A stretch of DNA of 63,200 nt, filler included, from Octopus bimaculoides (lineage: Eukaryota), in NCBI RefSeq assembly GCF_001194135.2. It is 6 parts of 6 records of this genome, joined end to end, with 100 filler letters (N's around TTAATTAATTAA, not from the genome) between each part and the next. Parts side by side here need not be neighbours in the genome. Positions count along the whole stretch, not along the records: positions 1 to 4,853 come from NC_069003.1; positions 4,954 to 7,706 come from NC_068985.1; positions 7,807 to 12,967 come from NC_068987.1; positions 13,068 to 42,970 come from NC_069000.1; 2 more parts are not named here. The stretch is one strand, 5' to 3'. This document shows positions 1 to 14,380 of this stretch, piece by piece. Position numbers and translations under genes: made by a program. Position 1 is the stretch's first letter, and every line of letters starts with the position of its first letter. The notes beneath the pieces are model-generated. The model did no database searches. It was given only the letters and a program-made list of their open reading frames with translations, and was not told the origin of the DNA.

Positions 1-1219
1 TGTTGGAGGAAAAGACAAGAACGCACACACACACACACACATATGCACAGGGCTTCCACATAGTTTCCGTCTACAAAATTCACTCACAAGACTTTAACAG
101 AAAATTCTGTTAAAAAGTATCCATTTTTCTGGATGTTATGAGGCAGCAAAATTGGGGGTGTATACAAATGTAGTAATGCCCTTTTATTTATACGATTTTT
201 TCATTTCATGTTTATTTCATTCATTGTCTGCAATGTTCTCGCTCTCTTTGTCTCTCACATACACACTGCAAAGCTTACAGGCGGGCTGCTGAAATGAAAT
301 CTCTATGTTGCTTTGAGGGGAAGGTAAAACTTGACAAACTGCTTCTCCCTCTGTTGTTGGACTACCGTGATGTTTGTTTAAAAGAGAGAGATTATGACAG
401 TGATAAAATAATGAAAGCAATACTTAATAAGCAAGTGAGCACTATTATACAAAGAAATAATTAGACGTAAAATATAAAAATTATTAGAATTGGGAATCAA
501 ATGTGAAAATATTATTAAGGGGCTAACAGGAAACCGCGGAGGGCTGTCTTTCTGCTAGTATATATAATATATATATATATTTATACATACATATATGTAT
601 ACACATATACGTGTGTATTATATATATGTATATGTATATATATGTAAAAATAAACTTACTTGTATGAGTGTGTATGAGTGTGTATGAGTGTGTGTGTGTG
701 TATGTATGCGTGTGTGTAAATCGAGCTGACTTGGACTTCAGGTTTCGCTAATCACCTTGACGGCACCCTAGGTTTAACTCTACTCATAATATAGAGTCCC
801 AGCGATCAGTGAATGGTCATTTATTAGTATTTGAAATGTTTTAAAATAATAGCTTTAATCAAACATACACACATATGCACGTTTATATGTATATCCACGT
901 ATATCTTTATATATACATGTGTTAGTGTGTGTATATGCATATGATTATCGTTCTATCTATTTATCTACCTATCTATCATATACATACATACATACATACA
1001 TACATACACATGTGTGTTTGTATACACGTGTATAACTACAACTCTACGTATCTTTCTCTTCTTTGCTCTTACACAAATCATCTCATCGCCCTTCTCACTC
1101 CACCCATGACCATCCAGCCATGAAATACATTCATGCATCCGTACCTGCTGACATACATGCATACAGACACACAGACATACAAACATATATATATATATCT
1201 ATATCTATATATATATTTG

Positions 1220-1276
<57 letters not shown>

Positions 1277-2051
1277 TTACGTAAATACATTTATAAGTCC
1301 ATCAGTGTATACATACATATACACATACACACATACTCACACGTATATATATATATATATATATGCACATACATACACACACATACATAGACTGTGTAGG
1401 TGGGAGTTCTCCGAGTCTATCTTAAAACGATCTAACCACCCTCCGCCCACCCGATTCAATTCAACGAAGACGCGTGACTGGTTTTACAAAAGCCAAAGAA
1501 AATTATAGGATGAAATAATACAACAGTAAGACAAAAGTAAACAATAAAAGCAACAACAACAACAACAACAGCAACAGCAGTAGCAATACTGGCAGAAATA
1601 GCAACAATTGTAGCAACAACAATAACATCAACATTCGGAGACAGGTAGCCCCACCTTTATAAGGATATACAGCACGCATTGATACGCACAAAGGACAAGT
1701 ATTATCCGTATGTATACTGGTAAGCAACGATGTATATGTGTATATGTATGTATACATGTAATCATATATATGTATATATATATATATAATTTAAAAAACA
1801 TAGGATTATAAAATATGATTATAATTAAGGGCTACTGGATATGACCAACAACTTACGCTACAAGTAGATGTCAAATACCTACAATCCACTCTTAGATGTG
1901 TTCTCTTTATTCAGCCACAGGTCGAACGCGAGAAAATGTGCGAGAAAATATCCAAATATTTTTGGGATAACTCTATACTTCGAAATTTCATACTCTGTAA
2001 GAATTTGCTCTGCATTCATCATATAATCATTTTTTGATTATACCCTTATTC

Positions 2052-2103
<52 letters not shown>

Positions 2104-3299
2104 NNNNNNNNNNNNNNNNNNNNNNNNNNNNNNNNNNNNNNNNNNNNNNNNNNNNNNNNNNNNNNNNNNNNNNNNNNNNNNNNNNNNNNNNNNNNNNNNN
2201 NNNNNNNNNNNNNNNNNNNNNNNNNNNNNNNNNNNNNNNNNNNNNNNNNNNNNNNNNNNNNNNNNNNNNNNNNNNNNNNNNNNNNNNNNNNNNNNNNNNN
2301 NNNNNNNNNNNNNNNNNNNNNNNNNNNNNNNNNNNNNNNNNNNNNNNNNNNNNNNNNNNNNNNNNNNNNNNNNNNNNNNNNNNNNNNNNNNNNNNNNNNN
2401 NNNNNNNNNNNNNNNNNNNNNNNNNNNNNNNNNNNNNNNNNNNNNNNNNNNNNNNNNNNNNNNNNNNNNNNNNNNNNNNNNNNNNNNNNNNNNNNNNNNN
2501 NNNNNNNNNNNNNNNNNNNNNNNNNNNNNNNNNNNNNNNNNNNNNNNNNNNNNNNNNNNNNNNNNNNNNNNTATATATATATATATGGGAGAATTTACGA
2601 AAAAAAAGACAACAGATGAAGACAGGTGGTGTAAACAACAAATGGATGTATTAGTTTAACGCTCGGGAAGGCTTCTTTCAGTTTCTGTTTACCAAATCAA
2701 CTCACAAGGCTTTCGTCGGCCCGAGGCTACAGTAGAAGACACTTGCCCAAGGTCCCACGCAGTGGGACTGAACCTGGAACCTTGTGGTTGGGAAACAAGC
2801 TCGTTACCATACAGCCCTCTTATATATATGTGTGTGTGTGAGAGAGAGTGTGTGTGTGCTCAGGTAGACAACCTGTGATGTTAGATGTGCATATTATATT
2901 TAAAAGGAGAATTGAAGTAGGTCCAACAATTTAGAATAATAATGCAACATATACTCAGCCATAAAACCGGTGTATGCAAATTATAGAATACATTTAATGT
3001 ATCACTCATTAAAATATTTAAAAATATAAAAAATTACGGATACATAAATATATAAAAATATAACAGACATACAGACAAATAATACTGATGTAATAAAGAT
3101 ATATTAGTATCTTAAAAGGTATATATTGCAGACATCGTCCGACAAACAGATTAAGATCGTTGTTGAAAAGATATTAAAAAATAAAAGTGTAAATCCCCGC
3201 GAAAATCTGAGTAAAGAAATGTTTAAGCATCCAGAAGGAAGATAAAGCTTCCAATGATTAAATGCTGGTACTCCAATTTCAAGAATTAAGTGGTGGTAC

Positions 3300-4500
3300 T
3301 CCAACGGCCGTTTCAAGGGTACAGTGATCCATACAAATAAAGGATATTCCTATCCAAATTTTAGAGACTGCCTCTTTCATCAGGGAGAACGTATTCGATA
3401 AGGATTCACATTTCATATACTTTCGTAATGAGTAAATGGGTGTTTGGTTTTATAAAGAGCTATACGTGTTAACGGGAAGAAGAAATATTACAGCAAGAAA
3501 TGTGGGAAGTAAATTTAGAAAATATGGTAGATTATAAGCAAGCAATTATTCACTCAGAGGAAGGCGAGTGGGGATGCGATATTAGGTGGAATATAGTTTA
3601 ATGATCAATCCACCCAGATTGTTCAAAATGCTTAAATGTTGAATAGTATCTATGGTTACAAAAGTACATAGCATCAAAGAACTTATTCAATAATGTAGAG
3701 TTATATCGACGGAGAATGTTTATAGATTTTTTAATACATAATTTACATACATGCTTAATTGTATTATATGGAGGGACTTCTGCTATTATAGACCAAGATA
3801 ATGAATATTGCATATTCTTTAGCTTAAGTTCGCGCATGTATGTGGCTAGCGTTGTTGTAAATTTATATTTTAAGTTAGTAAAAGAATTCAAATGAGCCCT
3901 ATAGCGATGCTTAAAACCAAAAGTACTGCCTATGTAAGTAAACCTTTTCCCTATATGTGGCAGGTCTCTACACAGCACTTATAAACTATATTTCTGTGCA
4001 GGTAGGATCCAGCAAGTGGGCATGAGTCCGGAATGTGACAATTACATGTTTGTCTTCTTGTTTCAGCATTAATCTTCCTTTCAACTGAAGTCAGAGCACC
4101 CTCAACTGGTAGAAGGTGGTCTGGAGTATCATTTTTATTGGAACTCATATGGGGTTTTGAGTTATAAGGGGCAATACAAGGATTTGAGTTGGTAGATTTC
4201 TTAAGTCTAAGTTTGGATCTATTAATGGAGACTATAATCGATCCTAAATTACAAACATATAATATATAATTTTTGTATAAAGGAAATTGTAATAATTAAC
4301 GATCAATTTATTAATATAATTGTTATATAAACGGACAATCTTCGTTAGTGATAATCTTGTTGCTTTTTCAATAACACATAACTTGATGACATAATACAGT
4401 AAATCTATACAGCCACGTAATACACAATTATTCCCTCTCTGCATCATGAATTTATTAATAATAATCTTTTCTACTCTGGCAGCATAAGCAAAAATTGAAG
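3300..4500 (-). mobile_element. Penelope-like retroelement remnant (GIY-YIG endonuclease C-terminus plus 3' tail)
   Basis: ORFs 3951-4148 and 3598-3978 join across one frameshift: CNCHIPDSCPLAGSYLHRNIVYKCCVET..FTYIGSTFGFKHRYRAH...WSII...Y......CKLC...LLNK..C.H, typical of a PLE GIY-YIG domain. Boundaries are approximate. Confidence 0.75.
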
Positions 4501-5479
4501 TTAGATTCGTACTTATGTGAATGTTATGAAAACATCTGGAGTTATTTTCGACTGGCAAAATTTGTATGCGTGTCTACGAGAGTGTGCATGTGTCTGCAAT
4601 TGTGTGTGTGTGGGGGGGAGGCGCACGTGCGTGAGTATTATTGTTGTTTGTTATTGTTACTGTTGTTGTTGATGCCGCTAAGCGTACCTTTGGAATAGTT
4701 GACATTAGTATTATAGTCTATAAAAATGTCGTTTTTTAAAATATTTCTTTTAACGTGTGTTCTGTTGTAAAATATCCTAGTTTGATTTTATTGTTTTGAG
4801 CTTGAGTTTATGAAGTCCTTGGAAGTACGCTCGCCTTCATTAATTTCGTATAGNNNNNNNNNNNNNNNNNNNNNNNNNNNNNNNNNNNNNNNNNNNNTTA
4901 ATTAATTAANNNNNNNNNNNNNNNNNNNNNNNNNNNNNNNNNNNNNNNNNNNNCCACCACCACCACCACCACCACCACCACCAACTGCTATAACACCAAA
5001 ACACTGGAGAACACAACGGAGTTAAAGGTGGAATATTTTATGCGGTACGTCGACATGCTACTATTCGCAGCCGAATGCAAATGTCGTCCTCAGATTACAC
5101 CAAACCGTCTTTAAAAAATAGGAAGAGTATATTGGATAAGATGGACATGGTCGTGCCTTTTGATTAGAGAATGGTTATATCAGAACAAACAATCATATAA
5201 AGACAACATACAAAAACAAACAGCAACTTCAAAAGGTAGAGAAAAAAATAAACGGAACATTCTCATATATTTTATACATTCTCATATATTTTATACATTC
5301 TCAGTTTTTGACACAAACGGACGACATTTTAAAAATTTAGAAATCGTGGGGAATGTTACTTGGTTGGACACTAATAAGTACACAGCGTCTGGTAGAAAAA
5401 CACATCACCTGTATATAATTGAAATTCTCGTGTTATTACACACCTGTATCTGCTTCAGTGTCCAGATAACGCATTGAAA

Positions 5480-6654
5480 TATTAAGATGGAAAGAAAGTT
5501 CTGTTGCATTTATTGTACATTATCACTTCGTGTACTTTTTCAAGAGTTGCTCTCAAATAAGCATATATTTTTACATTCTTATGTTTTTTCTTCCTTTGCA
5601 GAAATTATACAATCGTGGTGAAATTCGTATCGATTTTACTCTTTTAAAATAAGGTTAGATCAGACCCATGAAAATATTGGGGTTCTTCGAAAGAGGTTCT
5701 TCGGTAATGAAGGCTGAACGAAATATTCATTCTGCCTATGGAAATGAAGCTTTAAGTCTCCGGAGAGGCCAACGACTTTTTAACCAGTGTCACTCGGGAA
5801 AGTCTTCACTTGTAGACACCCTTCAATCAGTATGATCATGTTCTGTTAATATTGAGCTTCAGAAAACATTAGTTGAGGACATTCGAAGCAAGCGGCACGA
5901 GAATTAGCAGAAGAGTTATTAAATTCAAATCACACTTCGATTATAAAACACCTTCATGAATTAGAGAAAGTGAATAAACTCAGTCTGTGGGTCACCCACC
6001 ATGTGACTGTTTAAACAAACTGTTGTCGTTGGCAACCGAACCAGTTCTGAGTAGAATCATCACAAGTACGAAAAAGTAGGTACCTAATAATCGTATTCAA
6101 CGCAACGACAATGGTAAGCACCCAATGAAAAACAAGAATCCACTCCCAAACCAGGATGGCACCAGAAAAAAAAAAATGTCATGTTCTGTGTATTCTGGGA
6201 TATGAAAGGTGTCGCCTATGATGTAGCGTTAAACCAAAACGGAACAGTTAATGCGAAGTGTTGCCTTCAATTGTAAGCATTACACAAACATGCAAGGTCA
6301 GATATTGCCTAAGTCACCCAGGAAAAGATTATGGTGCTAAATATGGAAGTTTTTACCGCACTCATCCTCTTTACTCTGCTGACCTTACTACAACTATCAT
6401 CTTTTAAGGTCATTGCGACATTATTTAAAGAGAAAACAGTTTATTAATTGTGTAGAAGTTTAAAATGATTATTGAGTTCCTTTGTTTCAAAACCTGAGCC
6501 ATTTTACACCAGAGATGTAGACAATTTGTCGAATAGATGGGATTATATTATCAAAAATGTTGGGAAACATTATCTTGATTAAGTAAATCAATTAGGACAG
6601 AAGAAACATTTGTTTCTTTCCCATCTTGAAATGCGATATTTTCTTACCAACATA
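5480..6654 (+). mobile_element. Decayed mariner transposon
   Basis: Frameshifted transposase remnants: TPKPGWHQKK..MFCVFWDMKGV, MEVLPHS..(PYSPDL-like)..YHLLRSL, FYTRDVDNLSNRWDYIIKNVGKHYLD*. Termini are degenerate. Confidence 0.75.
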
Positions 6655-6725
6655 TTTTCGCTTTTATTATAATTGACGATTATGTTACGCAATAATGTAT
6701 GTATGCATGCATGAATGTATGTATG

Positions 6726-6759
<34 letters not shown>

Positions 6760-6800
6760 TGTATGTATGTATGTATGAATGTACGTATACTCTTTACCCT

Positions 6801-6979
6801 CTTTTACTTGTTTCAGTGATTTGACTGTGGCCATGTTGAAACAAATCGACCCCAGGACTTATTCTTTGTAAGCCTAGTACTTATTCTATCGGTTTCTTTT
6901 GCCGAACCGCTAGGTTACGGGGACGTAAACACACCACAATCGTTTGTCAAGCGATGTTGGGGGGACAAACATAGACACA

Positions 6980-7044
<65 letters not shown>

Positions 7045-7194
7045 GACGAGCTTCTTTCAGTTTCCGTCTACCAAATCCACTCACAAGGCCCGAGACTATA
7101 ATAGAAGACACTTGCCCAAGATGCCACGCAGTGGGATTGAACCTGGAACCATGTGGTTCGTAAGCAAGTTACTACACAGCCACTCCTACGCCTA
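6801..7194 (-). mobile_element. tRNA-derived SINE, family A (full copy with internal CA microsatellite)
   Basis: The minus-strand head has box A (TGGCTGTGTAG) and box B (GGTTCAATCCC). The sequence recurs at other sites in the window. Confidence 0.8.
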
Positions 7195-7232
7195 TGTATG
7201 TATGTATGTATCTATGTATGTATGTATGTATG

Positions 7233-7304
<72 letters not shown>

Positions 7305-7648
7305 CTTCTAATTTTTATCACATATTTTACCAACTCCAATAGCCGTAGAAGCTTTGTCATAAAATATACTCTCTCTTCTGCTTATTTTTCTGACAGTTTG
7401 CCTGTACATTTTCTCTCATTCTATTCCTCCATATATTCGTACATATCATTCCGTTTTATGTGAAATCAAAGTATAAGATCTCTGAGTGGAAATATACACC
7501 TCTTTCATTCAAAATATTTCTATAGCCGTTAACTATATATTCTTTTACTCGATCCAACACTATATTAATGCGAATTCAGCGAACGAAACAGGTCACAGAC
7601 TGTCACAAATCATAACTGTTGAGATATAAATTTTAGTACATACATACA

Positions 7649-7706
<58 letters not shown>

Positions 7707-7806
7707 NNNNNNNNNNNNNNNNNNNNNNNNNNNNNNNNNNNNNNNNNNNNTTAATTAATTAANNNNNNNNNNNNNNNNNNNNNNNNNNNNNNNNNNNNNN
7801 NNNNNN

Positions 7807-8050
7807 GTGGTGGTGGTGGTGGTGGTGGTGGTGGATGACAATGACGAGGAGGAAGAGGAGGAGATGACGACCATAACAAAGACGATGCCGAAGACGACGA
7901 CGACGACGATGACGACGACGACGACGACGACGAAGATGATGATGAGGATGATGATGATGATGATGAGGATGATGATGATGATGATGATGACGATGATGAT
8001 GACGACGACGACGACGACGATGACAACGACGACTACGACGATGGTGACAA
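7807..8050. repeat. Compound trinucleotide microsatellite (GGT/GAG/GAC/GAT)
   Basis: Directly visible. Its complement-type counterpart flanks the gap at 37130-38030. Confidence 0.9.
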
Positions 8051-9238
8051 TGTCGGGGGAAGATACGACAAGCTGAAAGCCTCACCTGAATACCTGTAAC
8101 AGATTGCGGGCGCACTAAAGATGCCCAAGGGGCCAGGTGATGTTGCTATACTGTGTGTTTGTATATATGTTTGTATGTATGTATGTATGTATGTATGTAT
8201 GTACACAAACACGTATGTATATGTATGTATATATATACATATACATACGTGTACGCGTGTGTGTGTGTACATAAATACACACACGCACACACATATGAAC
8301 AGACACACACATAGAACGCAAAAGACTAGGACAAATACTGCAAAGTATCTTGTTAAATTGTCTAAAGTTTCCATCGGTCACCGTGCTACAATGATCGATT
8401 AGTAATCGATCACGAAAAGACGAAAAGCGAAGTCAACATCGCAGGATCCCTCATTTTTAGCAGTTTTGTGGACTGGAGTAACGCGAAATGAAGTGTTTTG
8501 CTCACGAATACAACGCATCAGTCGGCTTAGAAATCGGAACCTTACGATCATAATTGCAAACTGCTAAACCGCGCGTCCTCACCACACACACATACAGACG
8601 CACATACATGCACAGATATATATATATGAAACATATATGTACTTACAAATGTCTACACACACACACAATCACACACACACATACATCTACATAAATACAC
8701 ACACATCTACATAAATATATATGTATATACATACATATAAATATACACACACTAACATATGCATATGTATTTACGTGTATGTTATATGTAATATACATAT
8801 GTGTGTGTTTGCGTCTGTTTGTGCGCATGTGTACGAATACACACACCATTAAAGCCATTATAGACAGATGGAATCGATGAAGAAATCTCCAGTCTTTCGC
8901 CCACCACTCAAAATCTCATTCGATTCTAGTGTGTAATGCACTCTAGTCTTATTATATCACTCATCTCAAAATTATGGTGATATTCTGAAATGTATGACTA
9001 CACTACATTTGCTATAAATAACGGATTTACTAAAGTTGTCCAATCTTGTTGGAATGGCAAAAGACGTTGCTTGGAAACCTGGCAATCCTTATTTCTGACT
9101 AACAGTAGTGAGTGTACAAGTAGAGAGAACAAAACAAGAGAGAAGAGAAAAAGAAAAGAAATATTGCATCAGAAAGAGCAGGTGGGACAACAGAGTTAGG
9201 TGCGCATACATACATACATACATACATACACACACACA

Positions 9239-9281
<43 letters not shown>

Positions 9282-9396
9282 TACATACAAAGACACACAC
9301 ACACGCCACACACACACACACACACACCACACATACAGACACACACATATATAATGTATATATATATATATATATATATGTCTAGGTATGTACAGA

Positions 9397-9433
<37 letters not shown>

Positions 9434-10544
9434 GCGTTTATATATGTGGGTAAACATATATATAGAGAGAGAGGGAGAGAGGGAGAGAGAGAGAGAGAGA
9501 GAGAGAAAGGGAGAGAGATGAAGATGTACATACATATATGCATACATACANNNNNNNNNNNNNNNNNNNNNNNNNNNNNNNNNNNNNNNNNNNNNNNNNN
9601 NNNNNNNNNNNNNNNNNNNNNNNNNNNNNNNNNNNNNNNNNNNNNNNNNNNNNNNNNNNNNNNNNNNNNNNNNNNNNNNNNNNNNNNNNNNNNNNNNNNN
9701 NNNNNNNNNNNNNNNNNNNNNNNNNNNNNNNNNNNNNNNNNNNNNNNNNNNNNNNNNNNNNNNNNNNNNNNNNNNNNNNNNNNNNNNNNNNNNNNNNNNN
9801 NNNNNNNNNNNNNNNNNNNNNNNNNNNNNNNNNNNNNNNNNNNNNNNNNNNNNNNNNNNNNNNNNNNNNNNNNNNNNNNNNNNNNNNNNNNNNNNNNNNN
9901 NNNNNNNNNNNNNNNNNNNNNNNNNNNNNNNNNNNNNNNNNNNNNNNNNNNNNNNNNNNNNNNNNNNNNNNNNNNNNNNNNNNNNNNNNNNNNNNNNNNN
10001 NNNNNNNNNNNNNNNNNNNNNNNNNNNNNNNNNNNNNNNNNNNNNNNNNNNNNNNNNNNNNNNNNNNNNNNNNNNNNNNNNNNNNNNNNNNNNNNNNNNN
10101 NNNNNNNNNNNNNNNNNNNNNNNNNNNNNNNNNNNNNNNNNNNNNNNNNNNNNNNNNNNNNNNNNNNNNNNNNNNNNNNNNNNNNNNNNNNNNNNNNNNN
10201 NNNNNNNNNNNNNNNNNNNNNNNNNNNNNNNNNNNNNNNNNNNNNNNNNNNNNNNNNNNNNNNNNNNNNNNNNNNNNNNNNNNNNNNNNNNNNNNNNNNN
10301 NNNNNNNNNNNNNNNNNNNNNNNNNNNNNNNNNNNNNNNNNNNNNNNNNNNNNNNNNNNNNNNNNNNNNNNNNNNNNNNNNNNNNNNNNNNNNNNNNNNN
10401 NNNNNNNNNNNNNNNNNNNNNNNNNNNNNNNNNNNNNNNNNNNNNNNNNNNNNNNNNNNNNNNNNNNNNNNNNNNNNNNNNNNNNNNNNNNNNNNNNNNN
10501 NNNNNNNNNNNNNNNNNNNNNNNNNNNNNNNNNNNNNNNNNNNN

Positions 10545-10591
<47 letters not shown>

Positions 10592-11945
10592 TTATTTATT
10601 TATGTGTTTCAGCCAAGTGGCTGCGGTCATGCTGGTGCAATATATATATATACATAAAGACACACACACACAGAGACAGGCAGACAGGCAGAGACAGACA
10701 GACGGAGAGAAAGAGAAACAGACAAACAAACAAAGAAAAAAGAAAGTGAGTTTGTGAGCAAGAAAAAGAGAGACAGAAAGAGAGATAAACACACAGACAG
10801 AGAGTAAGGGGGAACGAGAAAGAGAGAGAAACAGAAGACTTTGACAAAGCCTAAATTAGAAGCACAAGAGAGAGGAAAACATGAAGTGAGTGTGTGTGAA
10901 AGAGAGAGAGAGTGAGATAAAGTAAATGAAAGTGAGAAAAGAGAGGTGGACGGTAGATTTACAAATCAGAAGGTAAGAGAAAGACAAAGAGAAAAACAGA
11001 AAGAGAGTGACGGAGAGACAGACAGTGACAGAGAGAGGGAGAGAGAAAAGCAGACGACTGATTGCTACAAAAGAAAGTAAAGAGAAAGTGTGAGAAAGAG
11101 GAAAGGGAGAAGGAGTCAAGAGAGTGGGAGAATGAGAGCGTAAGACAGACTATAATCGTTTACGTAAGTTAACATTGATGAAATGGTGTTTGGCATGTAT
11201 ATCGTGAGTGGATAGCATCTTTTCAGAAACGTAGCAGATTGCTATCAATGGATGCCATGATATTTTCACCGGTGTAATAGTTATTGTAATGAATAACACG
11301 TCAACAGTAACATTAAGGATTATGTTAAAAGATTTAGAATAAAAGAGAAGAGGATATAAGAGAAGCATATATCCGATAAGTATGCGGTTTTTTTTTTTTT
11401 ATTGTTGGGTTTCTTATGAAATAAACTTTGCAGGTAAAATGTTCGTCTGTTATATAGTGGACTCGTAACATACAATGACCATAAGACCGTACTCGTTTTA
11501 TCGATAATCGATGAAGACCATGACTTGGATTACGTGGTACTTTGACGTGAGGCTCATGAATCAGTCCGCCTACGTTGAGCCATTCAAGTTCCTTTCAAAA
11601 CAATGAAACTACGGAAATAGCTGTGTTTCATCGCCCTGAACGCATGTGAATAAACAACAACGACAATTAAAATTCAAAAGTGAATATATATATATATATC
11701 TTTCACAAGCTATTGTCGCTATTGACTCATTACATAACCCCGATTATAATAATAATGTAGTTTAGATGAATATCTAATGCTCCTATGACGTCATAATTAT
11801 TTCGGCCATTCAAAAGTATTTCAGTTTTATTTTCAATATCAGTTGATTGAACGACGTCGGCGGTTAAGTATATACATATATGGACTCAGTCAGTCAAGGA
11901 TGACCATACGAAATATTACACACACACACACACATATGCGCGCGC

Positions 11946-11983
<38 letters not shown>

Positions 11984-12524
11984 CTATATATCAGCCTTGT
12001 TCACCTACTCCAAAGAAAGTCACGGTCATTTCATCAGCAGTTTTTTTTAAGGAATGTAAAAGGCATTGTGTTTATTGACTACAAAGGGTCATACTATCAT
12101 TGGTTTTAATCTTGTCGAGATTAACTTTATTTCTCATCCATCTGGAGTTGGTAAAATAAAGTAGCAATCAACCACTGGGCTCGACGGTGTCGACTAAGCC
12201 ATTCCCCTCAAAATATCAGGCCTTGTGATTGGCTACAGAGCAGCGGATTGGCAGAACCGATTGAGTGACTGAGAAAATCCCATCGTGTATTAGTTATGTC
12301 CCTTTATTGTCTGAGTTAAAATCTCATCAAGTCTCACTGTATTTTATTCATCTTGAGTCAATCAAGTAAGTATCGTTAAAATTCGTAACCTAGTGCATAA
12401 CTAAGGAGCTTCTACATGCTTGTTAGGCCTGCTAAAAATAACAGCCAAATAACTCTGAAACCACTTGCCACCGTCTCTAAAAATAGATAGGTAAGATACA
12501 TTGGAGAAAAGTATTCTTTTATTT

Positions 12525-12904
12525 TTTTACTTGTTTCAGTCATTTGACTGCGGCCAAGCTGGGGCACTGCCTTAAGGGGTTTTAGTTGAAGAACTCGATC
12601 TCAGGACTTCTTTGTAAGCCTGGTATTTATTTTATTGTCCTCTTTTGTCGAACCGCTATGTTACGGGGACATAAACACACTAACATCGGTTGTTAAGCGA
12701 TGGTGGTGGGGACAAACACAGAAACACACATACACACACATATGACGGGCTTCTATGAGTTTCCGTCTACCAAATCCACTCACAAGGTTTTGGTCGTCCT
12801 GAGGCTATAGTAGAAGACACTTGTCCAAGGTGCCACGCAGAGGGACTGAACCCGGAAGCATGTGGTTGGGAACCAAGCTTCTTACAATACAGCCACGACC
12901 GCGT
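12525..12904 (-). mobile_element. tRNA-derived SINE, family A
   Basis: Colinear with 6801-7194. Partial copies lie at about 1-95, 2668-2817, 13613-13763(+), 16814-17068(+), 45597-45848, 57473-57577(+) and 61620-61820. Confidence 0.8.
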
Positions 12905-14091
12905 CTGTTGAGGATGAATTAAAACAGACGAGATGGTTACGATAGGAATATACTTCATTATATATCTNNNNNNNNNNNNNNNNNNNNNNNNNNNNNNNNN
13001 NNNNNNNNNNNTTAATTAATTAANNNNNNNNNNNNNNNNNNNNNNNNNNNNNNNNNNNNNNNNNNNNTATATATATATGCATATTTGGGTACAGGACGTT
13101 ACAAAACGTAAACATCATGAAATACGAAAACGACATGGATTACGAAATATGAAAACAACATGAAATACGAAGGCAGATCAGAGTATGCGAACAAGAGAAA
13201 CAAATGGAAAACAAGACAAGTAACATAAAGAACGACCTTTCATNNNNNNNNNNNNNNNNNNNNNNNNNNNNNNNNNNNNNNNNNNNNNNNNNNNNNNNNN
13301 NNNNNNNNNNNNNNNNNNNNNNNNNNNNNNNNNNNNNNNNNNNAAAACAAACAAAGAAACAAAAACAACAACAAAAACAAACAAAGAAACAAAAACAACA
13401 ACAACAAAAAAAACAAATACCAAAAACACTAACACAATGCTTTTTAAAATCACTCTTTCTTAAATAAGCACAGGGCCAGAAATATTGTAGGAAAAGTTTA
13501 TATCCATGTATATTACTAGGTCTCAGTTATCTGGGATTTACAAACTTATTCGTACACGAACACGTTCACATAAGCAAACGTACAATTATAATATGATATA
13601 AAAATATCTATATAGGTGTAGGCGTGTTTGTGTGGTAAGAAATATGCTTCCCAACCAATCGGTTCCGGGTTTAGTCCCACTGCATGTGGGCAAGTGTCTT
13701 CTATTATAGCTTCCGGAAGACTAAAGTTTTGCTAGTGGAAATTGAGAGAAGCTCGTTGTATATATATGTCACATGACCGACCGGACTATCAGACGTTGTT
13801 ACACATCGCATTTCGGTTTTCATGATAATTGTTTGCGACTGCCACCCATGGCATTCAACGCCGCTGCGTTTTGGCGTCTCGTTTCAAGCTAAGTTGAAAG
13901 GTCACCTGCAATATGGGTTTCAGCCATAAACCAGCATGTCTTGGCATATTTATACTTACATCACCGAAATAAATTTTTAGAATTTACTCTATAAAAATGA
14001 CAGTTGAAAAAATCACGTTTTTCTTTTTTACGGTTCATTGTATTTCGTCAATTCACTGCCTTTAACCAATAATGATAATAATAATAATGAT

Positions 14092-14305
14092 AATCCTTTG
14101 TACTACAGGCATTAGGCCAGATGTTAGGGTGAGGAGAGTAGTCAGTTACATTGACCGCAGTACTCAGATGGTACTTATTTCATCGACTCCGAAAGGATGA
14201 AAGGCAAAGTCGACCTCGATGGAATTTGAACACAGAACATGGAGACTGAAGAAATGCCACTAAACATTTCACCCGGCGTGCTAACAATTCTGTCAGCTCA
14301 CTGCC

Positions 14306-14307
<2 letters not shown>
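14092..14307 (-). mobile_element. SINE, family B (core GTCGACTTTGCCTTTCATCCTTTCGG.GTCGATAAA.TAAGTACC)
   Basis: The same roughly 215-bp unit recurs at 17348-17740, about 42260-42360 and 43142-43767, with AAT/TAT tails. Confidence 0.75.

Positions 14308-14380
<73 letters not shown>

Noticed and set aside
929-1508. Many ORFs rich in HT/YI/CV/MYVC or poly-S/E/N/D, and all ORFs spanning X runs
   Set aside because: These are translations of di-, tri- and tetranucleotide microsatellites or N gaps, with no coding signal.
3100-3590. Protein-like + strand translation opposite the Penelope-like tail
   Set aside because: It has multiple stops and no recognisable domain, and is better explained as the antisense of the PLE 3' region.
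4898-4909. TTAATTAATTAA centred in N runs (also at about 7751, 13012, 43015 and 61898)
   Set aside because: The identical six-frame-stop spacer in the middle of similar N runs is a scaffolding linker, not biology.
7130-7194. tRNA-like box A/B sequences
   Set aside because: These are SINE heads without a full cloverleaf. No tRNA, rRNA or CRISPR array is supported in this window.
11784-11795. CRE palindrome TATGACGTCATA in CpG-richer unique DNA (TGACGTCA also near 14863 and 44397)
   Set aside because: A few 8-mers are expected by chance, and there is no nearby TSS evidence.
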